Assembly (NCBI GenBank): GCA_964016885.1
Contig: OZ024758.1
Span: 29,822,001-29,886,000 of the forward strand
DNA: 64,000 nucleotides
Source: Eledone cirrhosa
Lineage: Eukaryota
Reading direction: 5' to 3'
Position numbers and translations under genes: made by a program. Below, piece by piece: positions 42,992-55,301 of the stretch (its first letter is position 1; every line of letters begins with the position of its first letter). Below the pieces are notes generated by a model. That model was not told the DNA's origin and ran no database searches. It was given only the letters and a program-made list of their open reading frames with translations.

Positions 42992-43609
42992 AAATGATAC
43001 ATGACATACCCTGACATATTAGATGGTTAAGATTTAGTCATGGTAGTGACTTATGACAAAACTCAATTTTGTACCCTAATATTGAGAAGATGAGATAACA
43101 ATACAAACAATAGAGAGGGTGCGTGTAATAGAGTTTAAGAAATACATGGCATCAATATAATAGTTATAACATTTTTTCATTTTAAAAACTACTGGAGAAA
43201 GAGGAGGGAAAGGAAAGCATAGAGGAAGAAACAGCTGATGTGATAATATATTTAGTAGGTGGCTCGAAAAAACAAATGAAAGATGATTAAAGAGAGAGAG
43301 AGAGACAAAGAGGAGTAATTTATGTTCAAGTTTATATACACAGATTTCCATATATGTAACACATGTCCAAATTAATATAGTTGGCGGTTAATTTTCAAAA
43401 TATTTAATTGAATTTATTTCAGGGTAATGAATAATATTTTAGGCTTTTTAACTTTTAAAACCTAAAATACTATTCATTACCCTGAAATACATTAAATTAA
43501 ATATTTTGAAAATTAACCGCCAACTATATTATTTTGGAAATCTGTGTATATAAATTTCTGAATTTGTTTAGCAAGATTCTTTATCTGAAAACGTGTGTTG
43601 AAACCGATA

Positions 43610-45385
43610 TTGTTATGCTTTGGGAGGGTGATGTTGCCAATAAGAAACTCACGCACCAGTTGCTTTCACTTCAATTTATTATAAATTAAATTTATAAATT
43701 TAGGAATTTATAAATTTCCGGTTGGTTGGTTGGTTCCACAACCAGACGATTGTTCATATATTGTCAAAGTTCTTTCGTCACACATTCCGTGACCTCTTCA
43801 GTGACTGGGGATTCTTTTCTTTGTTTTTGTGTGTGTTGTGTGCTTAGATTGCGCATGTGTTACATCCGGGTGTCTGTGTGTGTTTATATTTGTTTATTTA
43901 TTTGTTTATTTACATGTTACTGGTTGGTTGTTTGTTCTGTGTGTGTGTGTATTTTCATTTTGTCCTTAATTGTAAGTTGTGATGTTGCTATTCCATTCAT
44001 GTTTTCTATTTAATTTTGGTTGGAGTTCATTTATGTTTTTTGCCTCTGTGATTTGTCTAAACATTGCGTCTTTTCTGTGTGTAGATTCTATTTTTATTTC
44101 TATGATCTCTAATTTACCCTTATGTTCTATTTTAGCATGTTGGTGGAGTACAGATGATTCTTTTCTATCTTGAAGCTCTCGCCAGTGTTCATTTAATCGT
44201 TCTCCTATACTACGAGCTGTCTCACCTATGTACACTATATTCTTATCTCTACATTTCTAGTTTTACAGTTAATATGGGGGCTTAGTTTACAGATTATACA
44301 TTTCTTATCTATACAGGGAGGTCTTTGAAAAGGGTATGTATTGCTAATAAGTGTTTTTATGGAGGTACCTGGTCTTTCTACTATCTTAATATTGAGTTTA
44401 TGTTTATCTAGGGCCCTTCTAAATTTGTAAGCTAATTCACCTCTAGGGGTTGTATTGATGAACATTACACTCTGGTATTTATTGCTATCATACCATGAGT
44501 TTATTCTATTAACCTTATTCCTAGTTCTTTCTATTCTATTCCAAAATTTGCTCCTATACAAGGGGCAGGTCCCATTTGTATTATTATTTACCATTTTTCC
44601 CATTTGGTTCTGGCTCCTCTATATACTCTGATTTTATCTCTCTGATTGTAACCAGAGAACTGCATACGGTGGATGAAGTGTTGTATGTGTCTCTCTAGTT
44701 CTTTGGGGTTGCACATGCGGAATACGTTTCTCATCACCCGTACCAAATCCGCAATCAGTATGTTGATTTTGGTATGGTCCGAAACAGCTGAGTTTCGGTG
44801 GATCAGATATTTGGAAGTCATGGGTTTGGCATAATGGGAATGGAGGATTTGTTTTTTGTTATTAATGGTTTCTAACCAAAGCTCTGTGTCTAGTACAGAT
44901 AATCGATGGTTGGGGTGTTTGCTTGGGTAGTCTATAGTAACTCTAATGCTCTGGTGGATGGAGTTAGCTATTTGCTGGATGCTTTCCATGGTGTTTTTCT
45001 CTAATTCCTAACTGTTCTCTAGTGGGGGTGTTTTTACTACGATGTTTTTATCATCAACGTAGCGGGAGTACATTATCAGGATTAAGAGATTTCTGTCTTC
45101 TAATTGTTCTTTAAGTTTAAGTTTAAGTCTATTGTCCCACCATACCATGAATAGGTTAGCTATGTCACCTGCAATGCTAACACCAATGGCTGCTCCCTCC
45201 TCTTGGGCATATGTTTTTCCATTAAATTTGAACATATGTTCCTCAAGGGTTAATTTTATACTGGCTCCCACCGCATGTGCAATCATTTTCTTTAGTTCAT
45301 CGTGGTTTTCGGGAGTCCGTATGGCTCTGGTCCACCCGTTCCATCTATCTGTGTGGGTTTTCTTGGCCATTGAGGTAATTGTAAT
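43610..45385 (-). mobile_element. Penelope-like element: degraded RT plus C-terminal GIY-YIG endonuclease and 3' pseudo-LTR
   Basis: QEEGAAIG..IANLFM, RYVDD, LDTELW, HYAKP, Cys-rich linker, YIGETARSIGERLNEH, RQITEA..I...P.LN. One in-frame TAG and two frameshifts. pLTR 43610-43830 repeats directly at 46021-46240. Confidence 0.92.
43763..43805 (-). ncRNA. Hammerhead ribozyme in the PLE pseudo-LTR
   Basis: Reverse complement: GTCA-CTGAAGA-G GTCAC ggaatgt GTGAC-GAAA-GAAC-TT|TGAC. Confidence 0.75.
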
Positions 45386-45743
45386 TGTGTATATAAACTT
45401 GAACATAAATTACTCCTTTTTGTCTCTCTCTCTCTCTCTCTTTAATCATCTTTCATTTGTTTTTTCGAGCCACCTACTAAATATATTATCACTTCAGCTG
45501 TTTCTTCCTCTATGCTTTCCTATCCCTCCTCTTTCTCCAGTAGTTTTTAAAATGAAAAAATGTTATAACTATTATATTGATGCCATGTATTTCTTAAACT
45601 CTATTACACGCACCCTCTCTATTGTTTGTATTATGTTATCTCATCTTCTCAATATTAGGATATAAATATTGAGTTTTATCATAAGTCACTACCATGACTA
45701 AATCTTAACCATCTAATATGTCAGAGTATGTCATGTATCATTT

Positions 45744-45810
45744 TATTTTATCTGATGAGGACGTACTGTTGAACTTAACTCAGTACCTCTGAAATATGTA
45801 TAATAAAATA
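45744..45810 (+). ncRNA. Minimal type-I hammerhead (family A)
   Basis: TATTTTAT-CTGATGA-GGA C GTACTG..CAGTAC C TCT-GAAA-T-ATGT-A-TA|ATAAAATA. Confidence 0.78.
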
Positions 45811-46020
45811 TAATTGATCACAAGAATATCTATTTTGTTAATATTTTGAATTAATATTAATAACTCTGGAAAACCTTTTTTGTTGAGTGCTTCCAATCTA
45901 TTGTAAAACTCATTCTTTGATGTATTCATTGAACCTTGTTTAACTTTTAAATATATATATATATATAAAATTGTCTAAATATATACATATAACCCTATGA
46001 ATTTAATATATATATATATA

Positions 46021-46240
46021 TTGTTATACTTTGGGTGGGTCATGTTGCCAATAAGAAACACACGCACCAGTTGCTTTCATTTCAATTTATTATAATAAAT
46101 TTATAAATTTAGGAATTTATAAATTTCCGGTTGGTTGGTTGGTTCCACAACCAGATGGTTGTTTATATATTGTCAAAGTTCTTTCGTCACACATTCTGTG
46201 ACCTCTTCAGTGACTGGGGATTCTTTACTTTGTTTTTTGT
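46021..46240 (-). mobile_element. Second PLE pseudo-LTR copy, with a hammerhead at 46172-46214
   Basis: Direct repeat of 43610-43830. Confidence 0.85.
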
Positions 46241-46434
46241 GCCTCTCCTTTGTTCTGTCCTACGCCATCTTGTTTTTGTGTGTGTGTTGTATATATATAT
46301 ATATTTATTAAAATAACATTAAAGTTTAAGCAAAGAATCGTTGCTTTCACCCTTATTATTATTATTATTATTATTACTATATATATATACTATATATATA
46401 TATAAGCAAAGGGATATTTAATTTGTTGGTAATT

Positions 46435-46466
<32 letters not shown>

Positions 46467-46564
46467 TTTATTTTATAGAAGGAGCTTCTATAAAATAAAC
46501 AATTTTACTCTGCCATGTATTGAGTACCTTACTGTGGTTATCCCCGACTCAACCCGGGACCTAC

Positions 46565-46607
<43 letters not shown>

Positions 46608-46608
<1 letters not shown>

Positions 46609-47170
46609 GATATTAACAAATGGAAACTATATTTATAAAACCATATTTATTTCATTATACATATTTCAAGGATACCAAGTTAAATTATGGTATGCCTTCA
46701 TCAGACAAAATATAATATATACCAGTTTTATAAATAACATTGACGTACCCTTTCAAAATGCGACCATTACTTTTGGACGACATCAGGATAGTGGTTTGTT
46801 TATTTTAGTAAGTTGTTGTGTTAAGAATAAGTAAAAAGACGGAGAGATAGAGAGAAACGTGGAGAAAAAAAATCCTTAACACAACAACTTACTAAAATAA
46901 ACAAACCACTATCCTGATGTCGTCCAAAAGTAATGGTCGCATTTTGAAAGGGTACGTCAATGTTTATTTATAAAACTGGTATATATTGTATTTTGTCTGA
47001 TGAAGGCATACCATAATTTAACTTGGTATCTTTGAAATATGTATAATGAAATAAATATAGTTTCCATTTGTTAATATCGTATATCTACTCCAAATACTTG
47101 TCGAGTGCTTTATATCAGTTATAAAAATATTTGCTTGTTGTATCCCAACAATTTAAATAGAACTTTTGCA
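46608..47170. mobile_element. Family A fold-back element with hammerheads at 46648-46712 (-) and 46989-47053 (+)
   Basis: Arms 46608-46825 and 46875-47079 with a spacer of about 49 bp; flanked by (TA)n. Confidence 0.85.
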
Positions 47171-48189
47171 TATATATATATATATATATTTGTTGAATTA
47201 TATATAATATATATTATATATATATGATTAATATGTTGGGGATTATCTATAACTACGTGTTCACGCTTTCGATTGCATTTGTGTATTAGTTTGCAACAAT
47301 TTTTTTTGCTAATTCTGCATTTCAGCGCCAGTCAGTTAGAAGTAATAATAACGAGACCTGAATTGTCTTTTTTTCATGTGTAGACATTCTTTCTTTTTTT
47401 CCATCGGAAAGGTGTAATTAATTACGTTGAAGTCTTTTAACATGCACTCGTGACAATAATCAAGACCTCATTTAAGAAGAAAAATAAAGAAACTGGCAAA
47501 CACCATCACGGCACCATTGTATGTTGTTTGGTTTTAATGATCTTAATAATTATGCCTAGTTTAACGATCATTAAACAAAGATTTTCTTATTTCCTTTTGT
47601 TACTTGTTGTCTATTTACGAACTTGGAATGTTTTATAAAGTCGATCTTGATTACAATATCAGACCCGTGTCTATTGTTTAGATTTTATTATTTTGTTTTT
47701 GTCTGTACGGAAGAAATATCTCCAAAGTTCAACAAAGAATTGTCAAATTTGATGTTATGAGGGTCGCTGAAAAGTTCATATGCTGGCCAAGTTACCATCA
47801 TGGAATGACCAAATAAGGTTCATTTTTCAACACAAGCCCTAGAAAGAAACAATGCAGTTATTAAAATAAAGATGTTAGAATAAATATATTAAAAGAAATT
47901 AATGCATGCAATATCTCGCAGCACTAGCATCACTCCATCATAGTCAGCCTATGAACTTTTCAGCTGCCCATCGTGTGTGTGGATATATATATATATTTAA
48001 TACAATAACAGAGATAGTTTAAAGCTAAACTCTGACTGGTAACCATCTCACTCAACAAACATTAGGTTATATTTAAATATAAACCCAATTTAAGTGTTTG
48101 GGGTGCTAACAATATGTATGATGTGGAAAAACCAGTTGTATTATTTTATGAGATATAATTAAAGTTAAAGTATATATATATATATATAT

Positions 48190-48523
48190 TAGAAAGTGAG
48201 GTTTTTTTTACAAAATGAAAAATAACCGAGGTGTCCTACACGAGTGAAAGTATAAAGAAAAAGAGGTGAAATCGAAAATGCAACTGAAGTCTTATTTTTT
48301 TTTAAAATATATATATTTATTTGGTTCCTTTACCGTGCTTTTCAAAAGGTGAGTTGAGATGGAGGGTCTGTGGTTTTTCTCACATCTGTGAGAAAAACCA
48401 CAGACCCTCCATCTCAACTCACCTTTTGAAAAGCAGAAGAACTGCGAAACCGGTAAAGGAACCAAATAAATATATATATTTTTTTAAAAAATAAGACTTC
48501 AGTTGCATTTTCGATTTCATCTC

Positions 48524-48528
<5 letters not shown>
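48190..48528. mobile_element. Fold-back element in (TA)n with a degenerate hammerhead at 48422-48459 (+)
   Basis: Arms 48258-48384 and 48387-48528; CCTT-TTGAAAA-GCAG aagaa CTGC-GAAA-CCGG-TA|AAGG. Confidence 0.65.
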
Positions 48529-48577
<49 letters not shown>

Positions 48578-48578
<1 letters not shown>

Positions 48579-48764
48579 GAAAATGTTTAACTCCGACGGC
48601 AGAGCTGAAGCCGTTTCGACGTTTATTTATCAGAAATAGCCGTCGAAACGGCTTGAGCTCTGCCGTCGGGGTTAAACATTTTCCTATTACCCACTCTACT
48701 ACCCTAAGTATTGAGTACTCTGGTGCGTTATGATCCATCTGGTTCTTTACCACACCTCCTTCGT
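48578..48764 (+). mobile_element. GC-rich hairpin mini-element (hammerhead 3' half folded back at stem II)
   Basis: Palindrome 48578-48684 followed by a tail shared with 55302-55497. Confidence 0.75.
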
Positions 48765-49491
48765 TATATATATATATATATATAAACATGAGAAGAATTG
48801 AATGTTGCGTGGTTGCACATGGGTTTATATATATATATGAGGTTAGGCTGAAAAGTTCATATGCTGATTAAGATACTCTCATGTAATGACCAAATAAGGT
48901 CTATTTTTCAACATAGTCCCGAGAAAGAAACAATGCAGTTATTAACAGCTCTAGTAAGTATCACTCCTTCATAGTCAGCCTATGAAGTTTTTGAGCTGAT
49001 CGCGGTGTTTTAGGTTTTTATTTCGACAGAGCCCATTAACACCACTGCTACCATGAAGAAGCCACAATGTGGTCGCTAAACCTGCTAACAATTAACATCC
49101 AATTTCTCCTTATATCGCATTGTACATTGTTATTTTTTAAACGACACATTGAATAATATAGTCGTTAATATATGATGTTTGAAAGAGAAAAATAGAACGG
49201 GACGGTCACGCCCGAAACGCCTTTATAACGATAACAACAACACTACTGTTAACATACTTCAGTGTTTCCTTGTAACAAACTTACTGATGTTAGCCTTCAC
49301 TGAGAAGATATTTGATCAAAGGCGTTCCAGCCGTGACTAATCTTTTAAAGAAGGCAGGGTGTAATTCGAGAGAAATTTGGCTGCTATTGCTATTAGCTCA
49401 AGTGACCACGTAGAGGTACCCATGCTGGTGTTAATGTTGCTGGTTGTACTGATGATAATGATGAATTAAAATGTTTTCAGTTAAGTATGAC

Positions 49492-50081
49492 ACTAGAGTG
49501 AGAACGAAAGACAAGGAAACTAGAGTGAGAACGAGAGACAAGGAAACTAGAGTGAGAACGAGAGACAAGGAAACTAGAGTGAGAACGAAAGACAAGGAAA
49601 CTAGAGTGAGAACGAAAGACAAGGAAACTAGAGTGAGAACGAAAGACAAGGAAACTAGAGTGAGATCGAGAGACAAGGAAACTAGAGTGAGAACGAAAGA
49701 CAAGGAAACTAGAGTGAGAACGAAAGACAAGGAAACTAGAGTGAGAACGAGAGACAAGGAAACTAGAGTGAGAACGAGAGACAAGGAAACTAGAGTGAGA
49801 ACGAAAGACAAGGAAACTAGAGTGAGAACGAAAGACAAGGAAACTAGAGTGAGAACGAAAGACAAGGAAACTAGAGTGAGAACGAGAGACAAGGAAACTA
49901 GAGTGAGAACGAAAGACAAGGAAACTAGAGTGAGAACGAGAGACAAGGAAACTAGAGTGAGAACGAGAGACAAGGAAACTAGAGTGAGAACGAGAGACAA
50001 GGAAACTAGAGTGAGAACGAGAGACAAGGAAACTAGAGTGAGAACGAGAGACAAGGAAACTAGAGTGAGAACGAGAGACAA
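49492..50081. repeat. 27-bp minisatellite (about 22 units)
   Basis: Unit ACTAGAGTGAGAACGA(A/G)AGACAAGGAA. Confidence 0.97.
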
Positions 50082-50250
50082 ATGAAATAACGGTTTCTTA
50101 TATAGGCACACGGCCAGTAATTGGAGGGGGGGGGGGGGGTTCGATTAAATCGACCCCTGTGAATGACTGGGGTCGATAAAATAAAGTACCAGCCACGCAC
50201 TGAGGTCGATTTAATCGACTCTACTGCGTGGCTGGTACAAATCAAATAAT

Positions 50251-50428
50251 TGTTTTTACTTTTGGCACAAGGCCAGCAATTACCCAGTGCATTACTGGTA
50301 CTTTATTTTATCGACCCCGTAAGGATGAAAGGCAAAGTTAACCTCAGCGGGATTTGAACTCAGACGTTAAAGGGCCGTAGTCTCTGCTGCAAAGCATGGC
50401 ATCCGACCCTCTACCGATACTGCCAATC
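50251..50428 (-). mobile_element. tRNA-derived SINE, with rearranged SINE fragments at 50095-50238
   Basis: Family match; TSD approximately ATCAAATAAT. Confidence 0.85.
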
Positions 50429-51497
50429 AAATAATGAGAGAAAAGTTTCTTTTTAGCATCATCAGCTGTAGTTGCTGTTTAGTCTCAGATCAGCCCTGAT
50501 TAAGCAGAACTACGATCAACGACGTTCCAACCGCGAACATCTTGTTATTGTCCAATATGTCGATTTATGTATATATATTAAAAATAAAAAAAAATTAAAA
50601 AATAAAAATAGACCTCTCCTAAGATGTTAGTGTGTGATTCAAGAAAAATTTAGCTGCTATTTCTAGCAAGTCTAGCGACCACATAGCTCCTTCGCTGGCA
50701 CGTCATCAGTAGTTATAGTGTTGAGACAGACTGTACTATAAATAAATATCTCTTTTCGCGTAAACTTTGTTACAAAACAATCTGGTATTTCAGAGCTTGT
50801 CCCAACCAATATAAGTTTACATGTACTAATTTTTTTTTTCTTTTGCTGTTTTCTTTTTGACCAAGTCTCCGGTCTGCTATCCTGTTTTTATTGTCGACTT
50901 CCTCATGGTATACGGAATGACAGACACACACAAAAAAAAAATAATAATAATAAATAATCAAAACCGCCCAGTAGCCATTTTTAGTTAATTAAACAAAAGT
51001 TCATTAATTAATTTAATAGAAAATTGAATATTTATGTTTAGGAGAAAATCTGATCTTTGTTAGAAGGTGAGGTGACAGCTGTGAACGTATTTCAGTCTTA
51101 GAACTAATCAACAAAGTATAGTTTTAAGAAGTCTTTACAAATATGTCAAATACTTGCCAACGTTAGACAAGATTTCCTGTCAAAACATCTTGCGAGCGTA
51201 CACACGCACTTACGTACGTACACACGCACCTACGTACGTACACACGTACGTACATACATACACACACACCTAGGCACATACATACATACGCGCGTACGTG
51301 TGTATGTACGAGCGTATGTATGTATGTGCCTACGTACAAACACGCGTACGCGCGTACACACGCACGCACGCACGCATGCACACACGCAACAAGTTGAAAC
51401 AATACACCACGTCTGATACACACTAAAATTGTTCAACATAATCCCTGATCCAGCTTATCTGTCATCTGATATAAATATATATATATATATATATATA

Positions 51498-51863
51498 CAA
51501 TATTAAATAAATGGAAAACTATATTTATAAAACCATATTTATTTCATTATATATATTTCGGGGATATCATATTAACAATATGCTATGCCTTCATCAGACA
51601 AAATACAATATAAACAGTTTTATAGATAAATATATTCGACATACCGTAATAAACATCGACTTCATTTGAAGAGGTTTACGCTAGCGTAAACCTCTTCAAA
51701 TGAAGTCGATGTTTATTACGGTATGTCGAATATATTTATCTATAAAACTGTTTATATTGTATTTTGTCTGATGAAGGCATAGCATATTGTTAATATGATA
51801 TCCCCGAAATATATATAATGAAATAAATATGGTTTTATAAATATAGTTTTCCATTTATTTAAT

Positions 51864-51867
<4 letters not shown>
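51498..51867. mobile_element. Spacerless 370-bp palindrome of family A with hammerheads at 51540-51605 (-) and 51760-51825 (+)
   Basis: Centre GTTTACGCT|AGCGTAAAC at 51682/51683; arms appear identical; (TA)n on both sides. Confidence 0.9.
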
Positions 51868-51905
<38 letters not shown>

Positions 51906-52105
51906 AATGAAAGGTATAGAAAACACTGCAGCGAAAAGCCAACAGCACTCCATAATATATAAGTGACTATAGCGTCAAAATGGGAAAAATAGTTAACGTA
52001 AGATGTGGGAAAAATAATTCAAACTCATTTCAAAGAGAATCAGGATATAAATTCATCCACAGAATTTAGTGAAATCCAGGGAAAAATCAATAGAGCCTTA
52101 ACTCA

Positions 52106-52155
<50 letters not shown>

Positions 52156-52255
52156 GCACACGCACACGCACACGCACACGCACACGCACACACACACACA
52201 CACACACCAATGAAGTGGAGTGATATGGAATATGCTTTGAAGGTAGTTAATGTAT

Positions 52256-52287
<32 letters not shown>

Positions 52288-52290
<3 letters not shown>

Positions 52291-52490
52291 AAAGTTATAT
52301 TTAATTTGTTGGGATTCAACAAGCTTAAAAGTTTTATAACTGATATAAAGCACTCAACAGCTAACTGGAGTAAATATTCAATATATTAATAAATGAAAAC
52401 TATATTTATAAAACCATAATTATTTTATTCAATATGTCAACATTTATAAAACAAATTTTGTATTTTATCTGATGAAAGCACACCAAAACC
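52288..52490. mobile_element. Family A fragment with an internal strand switch (3' end on -, hammerhead 5' half on +)
   Basis: GCACTCAAC...CCATAAT, then TATGTCAAC...TATTTTAT-CTGATGA-AAG C ACACCA. Confidence 0.65.
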
Positions 52491-52491
52491 T

Positions 52492-54480
52492 ATGGACACA
52501 CAAGAGGTGTAGGGGTTATTATTACAGGCAGGTTGACAAAGAAGGCAGACTTCGTGTGTGGTAGATATATACATAGGAGTAAATAATTAGTTAAAACAGA
52601 GTAAATTCCCTCATCTGCTTGGATGGTAGATAGTTGATGCCTTCTGTTACCTAGGGGATGAAACTGTAGTTGGAGTTGGGGTGGGTGTATACTGAGAGCT
52701 AGGACAAGAATGGGGGTGGAAAACGTTGAAGGAGCTGTTATCTCTGTTGGCAAAAAAATAAAAGGTGATGGGTAGATTGTGTGATGCTGCATGGTAACAA
52801 GGGTGATGGGTAGATTGTATGGTAGTTATGTAGTGTGATGCTACATGGTAACAAGGGTGATGGGTAGATTGTATGGTAGTTATGTAGTGTGATGCTCCAT
52901 GGTAACAAGGGTGATGGGTAGATTGTATGGTAGTTATGTAGTGTGATGCTGCATGGTAACAAGGGTGATGGGTAGATTGTATGGTAGTTATGTAGTGTGA
53001 TGCTACATGGTAACAAGGATGATGGGTAGATTGTATGATAGTTATGTAGTGTGATGCTACATGGTAACAAGGGTGATGGGTAGATTGTATGGTAGTTATG
53101 TAGTGTGATGCTGCATGGTAACAAGGGTGATGGGTAGATTGTATGATAGTTATGTAGTGTGATGCTCCATGGTAACAAGGGTGATGGGTAGATTGTATGG
53201 TAGTTATGTAGTGTGATGCTGCATGGTAACAAGGGTGATGGGTAGATTGTATGGTAGTTATGTAGTGTGATGCTACATGGTAACAAGGGTGATGGGTAGA
53301 TTGTATGATAGTTATGTAGTGTGATGCTCCATGGTAACAAGGGTGATGGGTAGATTGTATGGTAATTATGTAGTGTGATGCTGCATGGTAACAAGGATGA
53401 TGGGTAGATTGTATGATAGTTAATGTAGTGTGATGCTCCATGGTAACAAGGGTGATGGGTAGATTGTATGATAGTTATGAGGTGTGATGCTCCATGGTAA
53501 CAAGGGTGATGGGTAGATTGTATGATAGTTATGAGGTGTGATGCTCCATGGTAAGCAATGTAGGCATTGAATACAGAAGAGCTGTAGTGACTGGAAAGAA
53601 ATAGGGTCATCAGTAATGCTAGTGTGTATGAAAGATGGAGCACAGGTGAGTTGGGTGTAAGAAGAACGAGATTTAGTATAGAGGAGAGAAAGTTGTGCTA
53701 GTAATGGCATGTGATATTGAATTCAGCTCTCACTACCTCTGGTTAAGTCTTCCTTGGTCTTCCTCTACTGAAACTTCCTTCCACTGGGAACTCTTCGCAC
53801 ATCCTCACCCAGCAATCATTATCCATAAGCATCACATGTCCATTGCAGACATCTCTCTTGCACATTACATCTGATTCCTCATATACCTAGTTTCTCTTTC
53901 AGTTCATCCATGCTTTGTTGTTCTTCCACAATAACATTGAACATCTATCAAAGCTTGCTTCATTTCTCTCCAGCTTTTACATATCCTCTGCATTTACTGC
54001 CCATGTCTCACTACCATGCAGTATTGCACTTTGTACACAGGCGTCATGCAGCTGTCCTTATGTATGTAGGGAGAAACCTTTTGTTGTCACCAGACATAGT
54101 AGCTCTCTAATCTTCTTCCATCCTGGTCTTATTCTAGCCACCTTGCTCTCAAAGCACCCTCTTCCACTGATAATTAATATTACCTAAGTAGTAGAAGCTA
54201 TTAACCACTTTCATATGCCTACCTGGCATTGGAAAAGGTATATATCACTGGCACTCTTATTATGAATTGTCCTAGAACATCTACTGCATACAAACTCTTC
54301 CTTTCTCTTTGGTCTGCCTGTTGTCCTACTCAAGATTTGCATCTGTACATCGTATAGAATTTATGCCTACTCCTTTTCTATATATCAAGCAAGGCCACTT
54401 CCCTGATGGGATCAGGTCCGTCTTCTTTCCTACTTATTAACAATTTGGTTTTTGCAAAGTTCACTCATTTCTGTTTCAGA
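52492..54480. mobile_element. Two old RTE fragments in opposite orientation (52492-53710 +; 53735-54480 -)
   Basis: Degenerate W.HKRC.G..GRL, YLG and MLHG coding DNA. Confidence 0.65.
52763..53553. repeat. 54-bp minisatellite (about 14 units)
   Basis: Unit GGGTGATGGGTAGATTGTATG(G/A)TAGTTATGTAGTGTGATGCT(A/G/C)CATGGTAACAA. Confidence 0.95.
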
Positions 54481-54770
54481 GCTGGAATTTATTTTCTAGT
54501 TCTTCCACATAGGATCTTGTCGATCAATCAATTTTTGTCAATCAAATCGGTTAATCAGTTAAGTCTGTTACAATCCCTTCAACTTATGTAAGGTGGTTGA
54601 TATTAGGAAGGGAATCCAGTCATAGAAACTATGCTAAATATGGGAGGTGTGTGTCTTTGCATTTGTGTTTGCCTTCCCACCAATGCTTGTTGGTTTGTTG
54701 ACGTCCCCCATAACTTACCAAGGTGATGCTCCAACATGGGCGTAGCCCAGAGGCAGAAAAAAGTAAAGTG

Positions 54771-54807
<37 letters not shown>

Positions 54808-54913
54808 AGAAGAGGGGTCTCAAACTCAAGGACATAAAAGGGCCATTACATCCTGGAGGAGAGGTACAGTGGGCCAAATGTGGTGGTGGGTGATGATTTT
54901 CACCAGTTATAAT

Positions 54914-55128
54914 GATTTCTACTATAGGTACAGGGCATGAAAGTTAAGGTTTAGGGTCCCGTCGATTACATCGATCCCAGTTCACAACTGGTACTTAATT
55001 TATGGACCCCAAAAGGATGAAAGGCAATGTTGAGATCGGCGGAATTTGAACTCGGAACGTAAAAACGGAATAAGTACCATTAACGATTCCACCAGATGTG
55101 CTACCGATTCCACCAGCTCACAGCCTTA
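54914..55128 (-). mobile_element. Older tRNA-derived SINE
   Basis: TSD TTTCACCAGTTATAATG on both sides. Confidence 0.75.
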
Positions 55129-55301
55129 TTTTCACCAGTTATAATGGAATCTGAAATATTGGTTCTACCACGGGCCATAAAAAAGTAGTTTGCGGGCCGC
55201 ATGTTTGAGCCCCCTGTTGGAGAGATAGATAGATAGATAGATAGATAGACGTGTACCAAACACACGCACACACATTTCTCTCTCTCTCTCTCTCTCTCTC
55301 T

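Noticed and set aside
43966-45406. Programmed readthrough or selenocysteine in the PLE ORF
   Set aside because: The interruptions are TAG/TAA stops and frameshifts, not in-frame TGA at Cys positions; ordinary decay.
49431-50111. RTRDKETRV and LSLVLTLVS repeat proteins
   Set aside because: By-product of a 27-bp minisatellite open on both strands; no supporting splice context.
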